NCBI GenBank assembly: GCA_049512935.1 | Contig: JBEKWR010000003.1 | Span: 64,001 to 128,000, forward strand | Length of the DNA: 64,000 bases | Reading direction: 5' to 3' | Source of the DNA: Candidatus Bathyarchaeia archaeon | GTDB lineage: Archaea; Thermoproteota; Bathyarchaeia; Bathyarchaeales; Bathycorpusculaceae | Shown: positions 55,431 to 64,000 of the stretch, piece by piece | Numbering within the stretch: position 1 is the first letter of the stretch | Layout of the letters: the number at the start of each line of letters is the position of its first letter | Notes under the pieces: model-generated | What the model was told of the DNA's origin: nothing | What the model saw: only the letters and a program-made list of their open reading frames with translations | The model's database searches: none | Made by a program: the position numbers and the translations under genes

Positions 55431-56059
55431 GAGCCGCATCAAACAGGTTTATGGATGCACTTCAGAAAAATATCGATAATTTTTTTTCGTGTTAAGGCTC
55501 GCTATGGGCAATCGTTTTGGCGCTATATTGTTTCTGATATAGCAGTGCATGTGAACTAAACTTATAAGCAAAAAAGGAGCGTTAAGATAACTTGCCGTTC
55601 GAAATGTCCGAACGTGAGAGAGGGGGAGCGTCACGAACCAAGGCGATGATGGTAGGGAAGAAAGAAAGTACCGAATCGATATCGGAGCTTTTGGAAGCAT
55701 CAGCGTTGAAGCGCCCACTAAAAAGGAGTGTTTGGAGCTTTTCAAGGAAGTTACGCGGACAAGGCGTGATTCAAGGATAGAAGAAGCGATAAGATAACCG
55801 GTTTTACCAGTGCACGAGCAAAGCATTGTGTCGACAACCCATTTTTGTACGGTTTCTACGGTGAAAACCCGAGAATTCTAATCAGCTAAGCATCCAGCTG
55901 GCGAAAAAACGGCAGTTAACGTGCCAGAACCCTTTAAAATAACAAGACTTGAAATATGGGCGAATATCCTTTGGGTTTACTTAACCTTTAAATGGTTGAC
56001 TTGGACATTTTGGGTAAATAAGCACGTATGGTGCTTCCTACCAGTCAGGTGGATTATGC

Positions 56060-56620
56060 ATGACTGAGACAGCTGTGGTAAGTCCTTCAGGCAAAGAACC
56101 GATCAAAGCGTCTGAGCTAGACCCCAAGTTCAAGTACGAACTGCTCAAGATGCATGGAAGCGAAAAAATCCTCAAATGCTTCCAGTGTGGAACATGCACC
56201 TCTGACTGTCCCGTAGCAAGGTACAGCGACAGTTACCGCCCGAGAACCCTCATCCACATGGCTCAACTCGGCTTGAAAGACCGAGTGCTTAAAAGCGACA
56301 CTTTATGGCTTTGTGCGGCGTGCTTCACCTGCACTGACCGTTGCCCCCAAGATGTCGAAGTGGCAAGCGTAATTCGCGTTTTCAGAAACTTAGCCGTCGA
56401 AAACGGCTGCATACCCCAAGTCTTCAAAGATCAAACCGCAAGCCTGCTTGAATCAGGCTACGCCTACAAGATTCCCGATTTAAGAATAAAAAAACGCGAA
56501 TCCCAAGGGCTTCCGCCCCTGCCGAAAGGCAACTGCGAAAACGTCAAGAAGGCGCTTAAAGGCGTGAAATTTATAGAATCCGTCCAGAAACCCGCAGGAG
56601 GACAGCCCAATGGGCAATAA
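56060..56620 (+). CDS. hdrC: heterodisulfide reductase subunit C
   Basis: CFQCGTC...CP and WLCAACFTC..RCP. Confidence 0.92.
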   Translation: MTETAVVSPSGKEPIKASELDPKFKYELLKMHGSEKILKCFQCGTCTSDCPVARYSDSYRPRTLIHMAQLGLKDRVLKSDTLWLCAACFTCTDRCPQDVEVASVIRVFRNLAVENGCIPQVFKDQTASLLESGYAYKIPDLRIKKRESQGLPPLPKGNCENVKKALKGVKFIESVQKPAGGQPNGQ

Positions 56621-57503
56621 GTTCCTGCTTTTCCTCGGCTGCGCCATCCCTTACCGCGTTTCAGCCTACGAGATTTCCGCTCGGAAAGTTCTGGCTAAGC
56701 TCGGCGTTGAGCTGGTTGAGATGCCTGAGTTCAACTGCTGCGGTTTACCTTTCGACCCAGTCAGTCATGAAACCATGCTTGTTTTGGCGGCGAAAAACTT
56801 GGCGCTGGCGGAACGGGAAGGACTCAACATTCTCACGCTTTGCCCAGGCTGCGCTGGCTCACTCAAGAAAACTAACAAGATCCTCAAAGAAGACAAAGCT
56901 CTGAAAGAGGAAATTAACAGTCACCTGAGAGAGGTCGGGTTGGAGTTCAAAGGAACCGTTGAGGCAAAGCATCTTTTGCAGTTTCTGAAGGAAGATGTCG
57001 GCGTGGAAAAAATCAAGGCGTCCGTCACCAGACCGCTCAGCATGCTTAAGGTTGCTGAACACAACGGCTGCCACATTCTGAGGCCTAAAGAGTACATCGG
57101 CTTTGACGACCCAGAGGACCCGCAGACACTAAAAATGCTTATCGAAGCAACTGGAGCAACCTGCCTCGACTACATCGACGAAACCGAATGCTGCGGAGCC
57201 CCAAGCGTAGGAGTCAGCGACAAAATCGCCCTGCAGCTCGCAAGAGACAAGCTTAACCACGTTAAAATGGTTGAAGCGCAAGCGCTAATCACAATCTGCC
57301 CATTCTGCCACATAATGTACGACACAAACGAGCTAAGAATAGAGAAAACGTTTAATGAAACCTATGGCATTCCCATACTCCACTACCCACAATTACTCGG
57401 CTTAGCAATGGGGTTAACCCCTGAAGAGTTAGCCTTCGGCGAACTCCGAGTAAACGCATCAAAAATAATAAAGCAAGTAACCGAGTGTGTGAACAAACCA
57501 TGA
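56610..57503 (+). CDS. hdrB: heterodisulfide reductase subunit B
   Basis: Two CCG domains (GC..NCCG..CPGC; HNGCH..ECCG..CPFC). Confidence 0.93.
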   Translation: MGNKFLLFLGCAIPYRVSAYEISARKVLAKLGVELVEMPEFNCCGLPFDPVSHETMLVLAAKNLALAEREGLNILTLCPGCAGSLKKTNKILKEDKALKEEINSHLREVGLEFKGTVEAKHLLQFLKEDVGVEKIKASVTRPLSMLKVAEHNGCHILRPKEYIGFDDPEDPQTLKMLIEATGATCLDYIDETECCGAPSVGVSDKIALQLARDKLNHVKMVEAQALITICPFCHIMYDTNELRIEKTFNETYGIPILHYPQLLGLAMGLTPEELAFGELRVNASKIIKQVTECVNKP

Positions 57504-58489
57504 GCAAAAGCAAGTTAAAAATAGCCTTTTACTGGGCTGCAAGCTGCGGCGGCTGCGAGATAGCCGTCTTAGACATAAACGAGAAAATCCTTGACGTAGT
57601 GCAAATAGCCGACGTGGTTTTCTGGCCAGTAGCCTTAGACATCAAGTACAAAGATGTTGAGGAGATGGCTGACAAGTACATTGACATAACATTCTTTAAC
57701 GGTTCAATACGCAACAGCGAACAGGAACATATGGCTAAGCTGCTGAGGCAAAAATCCAAAACCTTGGTCGCCTTCGGCTCATGCGCCCACCAAGGAAGCG
57801 TACCTGGACTGGCAAACCTCAACGACAAACAAGAGATCTTCGACCAAGTCTACATAAAAGATTTGTCAAACGTGAACCCGCAGGCGGTTGAGCCTCAGAC
57901 TGTAACCCACGTTAAAGAAGGCACACTTAAAATCCCAGAGTTCTACGACACAGTAAAAACTTTGGCGCAGACAGTCGACGTAGACTATTACCTGCCAGGC
58001 TGCCCACCGCCGGTTAAACTGATCGCGGGCGCAATAGACGCCATAGCAAGCGGCACACTGCCGCCCAAAGGCTCAGTGCTCGCGCCCCTCAAAGCCGTGT
58101 GTGACGAGTGCCCAAGAAAACGAGAAAACAAGAAAATCGGCAAAATCTACCGCGTCTACGAGAAAACCCCAGAGCCAGAAAAGTGCCTGCTTGAACAAGG
58201 CATCCTCTGCATGGGACTTGCAACCAGAAGCGGCTGCGGCGCCCAATGCTTAAACGTTGACATGCCCTGCACAGGCTGCGGCGGACCAGCCCCGAACGTG
58301 CCCGACCAGGGAGCGGCGATGATTTCCGCTTTGGCTTCGATTCTCGGTTACGACGGTGAACCGGGCAAAACCACGTACACCGAAAAAGAGGTTGAGGAAC
58401 TGCTGAGCCAGGTGAAGGACACTGTTGGCACCTTCTACATGTACAGTTTACCAGCATCTATCCTGAAACGAAAGGTGATTAAAAAATGA
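57500..58489 (+). CDS. mvhG: group 3c hydrogenase small subunit
   Basis: SCGGC, FGSCA, PGCPP, CDEC, CLL.QG..CMG..T..GC, CTGC. Confidence 0.9.
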   Translation: MSKSKLKIAFYWAASCGGCEIAVLDINEKILDVVQIADVVFWPVALDIKYKDVEEMADKYIDITFFNGSIRNSEQEHMAKLLRQKSKTLVAFGSCAHQGSVPGLANLNDKQEIFDQVYIKDLSNVNPQAVEPQTVTHVKEGTLKIPEFYDTVKTLAQTVDVDYYLPGCPPPVKLIAGAIDAIASGTLPPKGSVLAPLKAVCDECPRKRENKKIGKIYRVYEKTPEPEKCLLEQGILCMGLATRSGCGAQCLNVDMPCTGCGGPAPNVPDQGAAMISALASILGYDGEPGKTTYTEKEVEELLSQVKDTVGTFYMYSLPASILKRKVIKK

Positions 58490-59940
58490 AAGAAATAGTA
58501 ATAGACCCGATCACGCGTCTTGAAGGACACGGAAACGTATCCATATTCCTAAACGACCAGGGCGAAGTAGAAAACGCCTACCTCAAAGTTCCTGAGCTGC
58601 GAGGATTCGAGAAGTTCTGCATCGGCAGAAAAGCCGAGCTTATGCCGCAGTTAACCACGAGAATCTGCGGTGTCTGCCCAGTGGCGCACCACTTCGCGGC
58701 AACAAAAGCCTTAGACGCGGCATTCAACGTTGAACCGCCCTCAGCTGCAAAGAAGCTTCGGGAGCTAATGTACAGCGCCTACTACATCTACGACCACACA
58801 CTGCACTTCTACTACCTCGGCGGACCAGACTTCATAGTTGGACCAGACGCGCCGCCGGAAAAACGCAACATCCTAGGCGTCATCGAAAAAGTCGGGATGC
58901 CAGTTGCGAAAGAAGTCATAAAGCATCGGGCTTACGGGCAAAAAATGACCGAAATCATCGGCGGAAAAGCAACCCACCCCGTCTGCGGATTGCCAGGCGG
59001 AATCAGCAAGCCTCTTAGTGAAGAGAACAGGCAAGAAATTGAGAAAATGGCGACCTCATGCGTTAGCTTCGCCCAGTTTACCCTTGATATTTTCCACAAA
59101 ATCGTTTTAGGCAACACCAAGTACGTTGACCTGATCTTGAGCCAAGCCTACACCATGCCAACCTACTACATGGGCACAGTTGACGAGAACAACAAGGTCA
59201 ACTTCTACGACGGCAAAATCCGCGTGGTCGACCCATCAGGCAAAGAATTCGTCAAGTTCGAAGCAAAAGACTACCTAAACCACATCGGCGAACACGTCGA
59301 GGAATGGACGTACAGCAAGTTCCCGTACCTCAAAGCCGTCGGCTGGAAAGGACAAGTTCCAGGCAAAGACAGCGGCATCTACCGTGTCGGTCCACTGGCG
59401 CGACTGAACGCTTCAGACGGAATGGCAACACCGTTGGCGCAGGCAGAATACGAGGTCATGTACAAGACACTTGGCGGCAAACCGGTCCACAGCACCTTGG
59501 CTTTCCATTGGGCACGCTTAATCGAGCTGCTCTACGCTACGGAAAGAACGATGGAGCTTGTTAAGGACCCAGAAATCACCAGCACAAACGTCCGCAACAA
59601 GCCAGGAGAACCAGGCGAAGGCGTGGGCATAACCGAGGCGGCACGCGGCACACTCATTCACCACTACGTCCTCGACAAGGACGCTCTCGTCAAAGACGTA
59701 AACCTCATCGTCGCCACAACCAACAACTACCCAGCAATCTGCATGAGCATACGCGACGCAGCTAAAGGCTTAATCCACGGCGGCAAAGTCGACCAAGGCA
59801 TACTTAACATGGTTGAGATGGCTTTCAGAGCCTACGACCCGTGCTTCGGATGCGCAACACACAACGCAATCGGGCAAATGCCACTGACCGTTGAAGTCTA
59901 CAACGCCGACAAAAAGCTAATCAGCTCAGTAAGCCGATAA
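58486..59940 (+). CDS. mvhA: group 3c hydrogenase large subunit
   Basis: TRLEGHG, ELRGFEKF, RICGVC, DPCFGCATH. Confidence 0.92.
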   Translation: MKEIVIDPITRLEGHGNVSIFLNDQGEVENAYLKVPELRGFEKFCIGRKAELMPQLTTRICGVCPVAHHFAATKALDAAFNVEPPSAAKKLRELMYSAYYIYDHTLHFYYLGGPDFIVGPDAPPEKRNILGVIEKVGMPVAKEVIKHRAYGQKMTEIIGGKATHPVCGLPGGISKPLSEENRQEIEKMATSCVSFAQFTLDIFHKIVLGNTKYVDLILSQAYTMPTYYMGTVDENNKVNFYDGKIRVVDPSGKEFVKFEAKDYLNHIGEHVEEWTYSKFPYLKAVGWKGQVPGKDSGIYRVGPLARLNASDGMATPLAQAEYEVMYKTLGGKPVHSTLAFHWARLIELLYATERTMELVKDPEITSTNVRNKPGEPGEGVGITEAARGTLIHHYVLDKDALVKDVNLIVATTNNYPAICMSIRDAAKGLIHGGKVDQGILNMVEMAFRAYDPCFGCATHNAIGQMPLTVEVYNADKKLISSVSR

Positions 59941-60066
59941 ACCAGCCCTGCTTAAGGGCAACCCATTCATCCATTTTTTTGGATTCTCAACTATTTCTGA
60001 AGAATGCTAAGGCACTCAATATCAACGAAAAAACGCAGGCTTTTTTTGATGCTGCTGGTTTTCGAG

Positions 60067-60321
60067 TTAAGTCGCTTTTTTGTTTTGTGCTTCAGCGTAC
60101 CTGCCGATTTCGTACCCGCCGTACACACCTAGCAGCACGATTGCGGTTATACCCAAGAACAGTGGCGCTACTTGACTGGATTCTAAAATGGTTAACCCGT
60201 GACTCGTAACGCCTAAAGTGTAACTGTAAAGGCTCAAGACCAAAACAAGAGCAAAAATCACGCATAGAAGTCCAACAAAGAAGTATTTGAACCTCGGCCT
60301 TCCAACTGATGTTACCACCAT
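60067..60321 (-). CDS. small two-TM membrane protein
   Basis: Two hydrophobic segments. Confidence 0.55.
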   Translation of the reverse strand: MVVTSVGRPRFKYFFVGLLCVIFALVLVLSLYSYTLGVTSHGLTILESSQVAPLFLGITAIVLLGVYGGYEIGRYAEAQNKKAT

Positions 60322-60428
60322 TCTCTTTACCCCTTTGTTACATTGTTGCGGTCACAATTTAAGCTCTTCCACTTAACAAGCCTTATATGCGCTTGCAATC
60401 GAATACAGCTTTACAGGCTGATTCAAAA

Positions 60429-60905
60429 ATGAAGAGTCTCGTTGTTTTCTACTCCCGAACAGGCAACGCCCGCTTCGTCGCCCAAACCATAGCGGCGCAA
60501 ATCGGAGCGGACATTGAAGAAGTCATCGACCAAAAAAAGCGGGGCGGCGTCATCGGCTTCCTAGGCGGCGGCTCCGACGCTAGACGCGGAAAAGAAACCG
60601 AAATAGGTCCCACCCAAAAATCACCCGCTGACTACGACCTGATAATCGTTGGAACTCCCATTTGGGCTGGAAGACCATCTCCTGCCATCACCACTTACCT
60701 GCGGAAAAACGACCTTTCGGGAAAGAAGGTTGCCGTTTTCTTCGTGCAAGGCGGCAAAAACAAATCTCAGGGAGTAAAGCAAACCATGGCGTTAGTTCCC
60801 AACTCGAATTACTTGGGAGCGCTTTCGCTGGTTAATGCTTTGAAAGATAAAGAGGACTCGGAAAAACAAATCGAGCAATGGTGCAAAATCCTGACTGCAA
60901 CTTAA
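60429..60905 (+). CDS. flavodoxin family protein
   Basis: YSRTGNA, GTPIW, GKKVAVF. Confidence 0.88.
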   Translation: MKSLVVFYSRTGNARFVAQTIAAQIGADIEEVIDQKKRGGVIGFLGGGSDARRGKETEIGPTQKSPADYDLIIVGTPIWAGRPSPAITTYLRKNDLSGKKVAVFFVQGGKNKSQGVKQTMALVPNSNYLGALSLVNALKDKEDSEKQIEQWCKILTAT

Positions 60906-60991
60906 GCGGCTGCGAATCCCCGTTGCCAGCGTGAAACCCGAATGTTTTAGGGTAAACCCTTATGTGCCGTCACAGCCCTATGTTTTGAACG

Positions 60992-61357
60992 TTGATTCCG
61001 ATGCAGCCGCAACCGCCTAACCCTGAACACAAGAGAATGAAGCGTGAGAAGAAAACCATAGGCTACATGGTTGACATCTACTGCAGAAACCACCATGGCA
61101 CCCACGGCGACCTCTGCGCTGAATGCAAAGAGTTCAAGGAGTACGCGTTTTTGCGGCTGGACAAGTGCCCCTTTCAAGACAAGAAAAGCACCTGCGGCAA
61201 ATGCCTCATCCACTGCTACCGCCCAGACATGAAACAGAAAGTCAAAACCGTCATGCGCTACTCAGGACCAAGAATGCTTCTGTACCACCCAACCTTGGCG
61301 CTACACCACGCATGGGACAGCCACCGAAAACCGCCCAAAATCGCAAAAAAAGTGTAA
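60992..61357 (+). CDS. YgbA-like Cys-rich protein
   Basis: REKKTI..M..IYC, C.EC, RL.KCP, C.KC..HCY, VMRYSGPRM. Confidence 0.85.
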   Translation: MIPMQPQPPNPEHKRMKREKKTIGYMVDIYCRNHHGTHGDLCAECKEFKEYAFLRLDKCPFQDKKSTCGKCLIHCYRPDMKQKVKTVMRYSGPRMLLYHPTLALHHAWDSHRKPPKIAKKV

Positions 61358-61365
61358 ACGGACTT

Positions 61366-61392
61366 GGCGTCAGCAACTATCACTTTATTCAT
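61366..61392 (-). pseudogene. 9-codon stub of a PIN (DUF3368-type) toxin
   Basis: ATG overlaps antitoxin TGA (ATGA); MNKVIVADA then loses PIN character. Confidence 0.45.
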
Positions 61393-61607
61393 CGAAGTTC
61401 TTCTTCCAGCTCCTCTTCAGTAATGTTAGTGAATGACGCATTGTGTTTTCCAAGTTCATAATTAAAGTCGATCAGAGTCAACCCTGCCAGTTTAGCCGCC
61501 TGACCAATCGAAATCTTTCGTTCTTTGTAGAGCATTATAGCTAAGTAAAGTTTGAGTTCCTTCTCGCCGACATCACCTATTAAGGCTTTAGGAAGCTTGA
61601 GCTCCAA
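61389..61607 (-). CDS. UPF0175 family antitoxin-like HTH protein
   Basis: LAI.LY....ISIGQAAKLAG; EELEEE tail. Confidence 0.85.
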   Translation of the reverse strand: MELKLPKALIGDVGEKELKLYLAIMLYKERKISIGQAAKLAGLTLIDFNYELGKHNASFTNITEEELEEELR

Positions 61608-61720
61608 AGAAATCCACCTACTTTTTCAACGCTTCAACTTGTTAAAATACCTTGTTAAAATTTGCGGAAACAGATTTCTGGTGGTAAGCTTTTCAAGTCT
61701 CAAAGCATATTTTCTTTTCC

Positions 61721-62215
61721 ATGGTTCGAATGACTGAATCGATTAAGACTGAGCTGAAGAATTGGTTTGCTGACGCAAAAAGAACAGTTGTGGCGGGGAT
61801 CGGCAACCCTATCCGAACGGATGATTACGTCGGCTTAAGAATCGTTGAAGACCTCAAAGAAAAGCTGCCCGCGCGTGTTCTTCTGCTTGAGGCTGAGACG
61901 GTTCCCGAAAGCTACCTCTCCGACATAGAGGATTTCCAGCCGTCGCACGTGCTGTTGATCGACGCCGCCTTTTTGGGGTTAAACCCGGGCGACGCCTGCC
62001 TTTTGGACGCGGAGAAAATCGATGTTTCCTCGGCGGTTACGACGCACCTTTTGCCTCTTCGGGTCTTCTGCGAGTACGTTAAGCAGGCGACTGGCGCGAA
62101 AATCGGTTTGCTGCTGATCGAGCCGAAGAGCATGGAGTTCGGCGAGGGCTTAACCGCGCAAGTTAAAGCCTCGGCAGACCGCCTTGTGAAATTGCTGCTT
62201 GACTTGCTTTCTTAG
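61721..62215 (+). CDS. hycI: hydrogenase maturation endopeptidase (HycI-like)
   Basis: GIGNPIRTDDYVG, ETVPE, LIDAA, TTH. Confidence 0.88.
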   Translation: MVRMTESIKTELKNWFADAKRTVVAGIGNPIRTDDYVGLRIVEDLKEKLPARVLLLEAETVPESYLSDIEDFQPSHVLLIDAAFLGLNPGDACLLDAEKIDVSSAVTTHLLPLRVFCEYVKQATGAKIGLLLIEPKSMEFGEGLTAQVKASADRLVKLLLDLLS

Positions 62216-62371
62216 GCTTCTTTTCTTTTGAAAACGTAGTCGATGGTGAACCTGACCGAGCCGAGCGAGCAGTTTGCAAGGTGGTAATAAAGAGATGTGG
62301 TTGCTTCTGTGCTACAACTTCCGAGTTACGTTAATTAGCCAGTTTCAAGTTAGCATCTTTTGGGAAGCGTT

Positions 62372-62851
62372 ATGGCTGGAAAAGCGGTTATTGTTATGGG
62401 TTCAGAGCGGGATCTGGATTTTTCCCGTGGAATCGCCAAGTACCTTAAGATTTTGGGCGTGGATTACGAGTTTCGGGTTGCCTCTGCGCATAAGACGCCT
62501 GAGAAGGTGCTTGAGTTGATCAGGGAGTTCGAGGCTGAGAAGGTGGTTTACGTCACGGTTGCGGGTCGCTCGAACGCTCTTAGCGCCTTTATCGATGGGA
62601 ACTCGTCGAAACCCGTGATCGCTTGTCCCCCGTACTCTGAAACTTTCGGCGGAGCTGACATTTTCTCTTCGCTCAGAGTGCCAAGCGGCATAGGCTCCTT
62701 GGTGACAATCGAACCTGAAGGCGCAGCGATTGCCGCAGCCAAAATGCTTGCCTTAGAAGACGCCGCCGTAGCTGACAGCGTCAGGAACTATCAGGCTTCA
62801 AAGAAGGCTGAGCTTGAAAAAGCCAACGAGTCAGTTAAGAAACTAAAGTAA
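62372..62851 (+). CDS. purE: N5-CAIR mutase / AIR carboxylase
   Basis: MGS..D, ASAHKTPE, AGRSNAL, PVIACPP. Confidence 0.93.
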   Translation: MAGKAVIVMGSERDLDFSRGIAKYLKILGVDYEFRVASAHKTPEKVLELIREFEAEKVVYVTVAGRSNALSAFIDGNSSKPVIACPPYSETFGGADIFSSLRVPSGIGSLVTIEPEGAAIAAAKMLALEDAAVADSVRNYQASKKAELEKANESVKKLK

Positions 62852-62941
62852 CAGCTGTTTGAGCCTGCAATTCTTATATAAAGCGGTATAAGCTAAAATA
62901 GAATATTCTGCTAAGAGCAAGGTAACTTGGGGATAAAGGCT

Positions 62942-63994
62942 ATGGGTAGCGTGAAAGACCTCGAAGTAATCAAGACACCAACAGCTGAAGCCATGGGCAT
63001 CGGCAGGTTCCACTTTTCAGACCGTTACAGCGTTTTCGACTGGGGAGAAATGCCTGACCACATCGGAGCCAAAGGAGCCGCTCTCTGCCTCATGGGGGCA
63101 TACTGCTTTGAGCAGCTTGAGCGGAAAGGCGTTAAGACGCACTATCGGGGTTTGGTCGACACAAACGGAAGGGCGGTTAAGATCAAAGAAGTGAATCAAC
63201 CCACCAGCATCATGGAAGTCTGCTTGATTAACGTTTACAAACCGAAGATAACTGTGGAAGACGGCAAACTCGTGCATGACTACGCCGCGTATACGCCGCA
63301 ACTGAAGAACTGCCTGATTCCGCTGGAAATCATCTACCGAAACGGCTTGCCCGAAGGCTCATCAGTTTTCAAGCGGCTTCAAGAGGGGAAAATAAGTCTT
63401 AAAGATTTAGGATTAGACCATTACCCCGTGCCAGGCGAGCAGTTGGCGAAGCCGATTTTCGACGTCAGCACAAAACTGGAGGAAACTGACCGCTACGTTA
63501 CTTGGCAAGAAGCGCAGAAAATCGCTGGTTTAACCGATCAGGAACTTGGCAAGATCAAGGATTTGCTGCTCAAGGCAGATGAAACAATCAACGAGATGGC
63601 TTCGAAGGCTGGGCTGCGAAATGAAGATGGAAAAATCGAGTTGGCTTTCGATGATAAGAGGGAGCTCATGGTTGTTGACGTTGTCGGAACGCTTGACGAG
63701 TGCAGGTTCACCTATGGAGGCATGCACGTAAGCAAGGAAATTGCGAGGCAATTCTACAAGAAGACAAGCTGGTACGCCGATTTGGAGCAGGCCAAGAAAG
63801 AGGGCGAAGCCAGAGGCATAGAGGACTGGAAGTCTCTCTGTAAGTCGCAGCCGCCGAAACTGGACCCTAAGCTTAAAACTATTATAAGCGAAATGTACAT
63901 GGCTGCGGCGAACGAGATGACGGGGTACAAGTTGTTTAATGCGCCTTTGCTCTCGCAGGTTATAGCCGATTATAAATGTTACATGAAGGAATAA
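62942..63994 (+). CDS. purC: SAICAR synthetase
   Basis: GSVKD, FSDRYSVFD, PLE.IYRN, STK, DGKIE, DECR, SKE. Confidence 0.93.
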   Translation: MGSVKDLEVIKTPTAEAMGIGRFHFSDRYSVFDWGEMPDHIGAKGAALCLMGAYCFEQLERKGVKTHYRGLVDTNGRAVKIKEVNQPTSIMEVCLINVYKPKITVEDGKLVHDYAAYTPQLKNCLIPLEIIYRNGLPEGSSVFKRLQEGKISLKDLGLDHYPVPGEQLAKPIFDVSTKLEETDRYVTWQEAQKIAGLTDQELGKIKDLLLKADETINEMASKAGLRNEDGKIELAFDDKRELMVVDVVGTLDECRFTYGGMHVSKEIARQFYKKTSWYADLEQAKKEGEARGIEDWKSLCKSQPPKLDPKLKTIISEMYMAAANEMTGYKLFNAPLLSQVIADYKCYMKE

Positions 63995-64000
63995 AGAGAT

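Noticed and set aside
38636-59940. Selenocysteine recoding in hydrogenases or Hdr
   Set aside because: All L2 motifs use Cys codons and no in-frame TGA occurs in these genes
78-63751. Many short ORFs overlapping assigned genes (e.g. 1159-1938, 47163-47825, 58089-58457)
   Set aside because: Antisense or alternate-frame shadows of well-supported genes, with no motifs
1-64000. CRISPR array, cas genes, rRNA, transposases, reverse transcriptase/DGR
   Set aside because: No regularly spaced repeat-spacer units or diagnostic motifs seen

Overview
Archaeal chromosomal segment; gene content and style (TTG/CTG starts, single-OB SSB, PEF-CTERM/PQQ surface proteins, Mvh/Hdr, uvrABC) are most consistent with Bathyarchaeia, which is an inference. 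Housekeeping blocks: trpE-G-D-C, uvrB-A-C, a thiolase plus DUF35-HMG-CoA synthase pair, pncB, uppP, mntH/mntR, radical SAM-dinB, two glycosyltransferases, three group 3 [NiFe]-hydrogenase operons (3b Hyd, 3d Hox, 3c Mvh with HdrCB), a hydrogenase protease and purE-purC. These are interrupted by AT-richer accessory pieces: a decayed 2.2-kb element integrated at tRNA-Lys(CTT), an ABC-ATPase plus frameshifted TOPRIM-like pair, and a Panacea-like/unknown/PIN-like triplet. The strongest unexplained signals are a gapless 55-bp cassette (TTGACT-N6-AGTCAA-N6-TTGACT plus TATA) in front of three unrelated tandem surface-protein genes, an identical 29-bp CAA-rich inverted repeat 6 kb apart, and a thiolase lacking all catalytic residues coupled to a DUF35-HMGCS fusion. 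Family assignments come from motif recognition by eye; no searches were run. Several single-base homopolymer frameshifts could be assembly errors.
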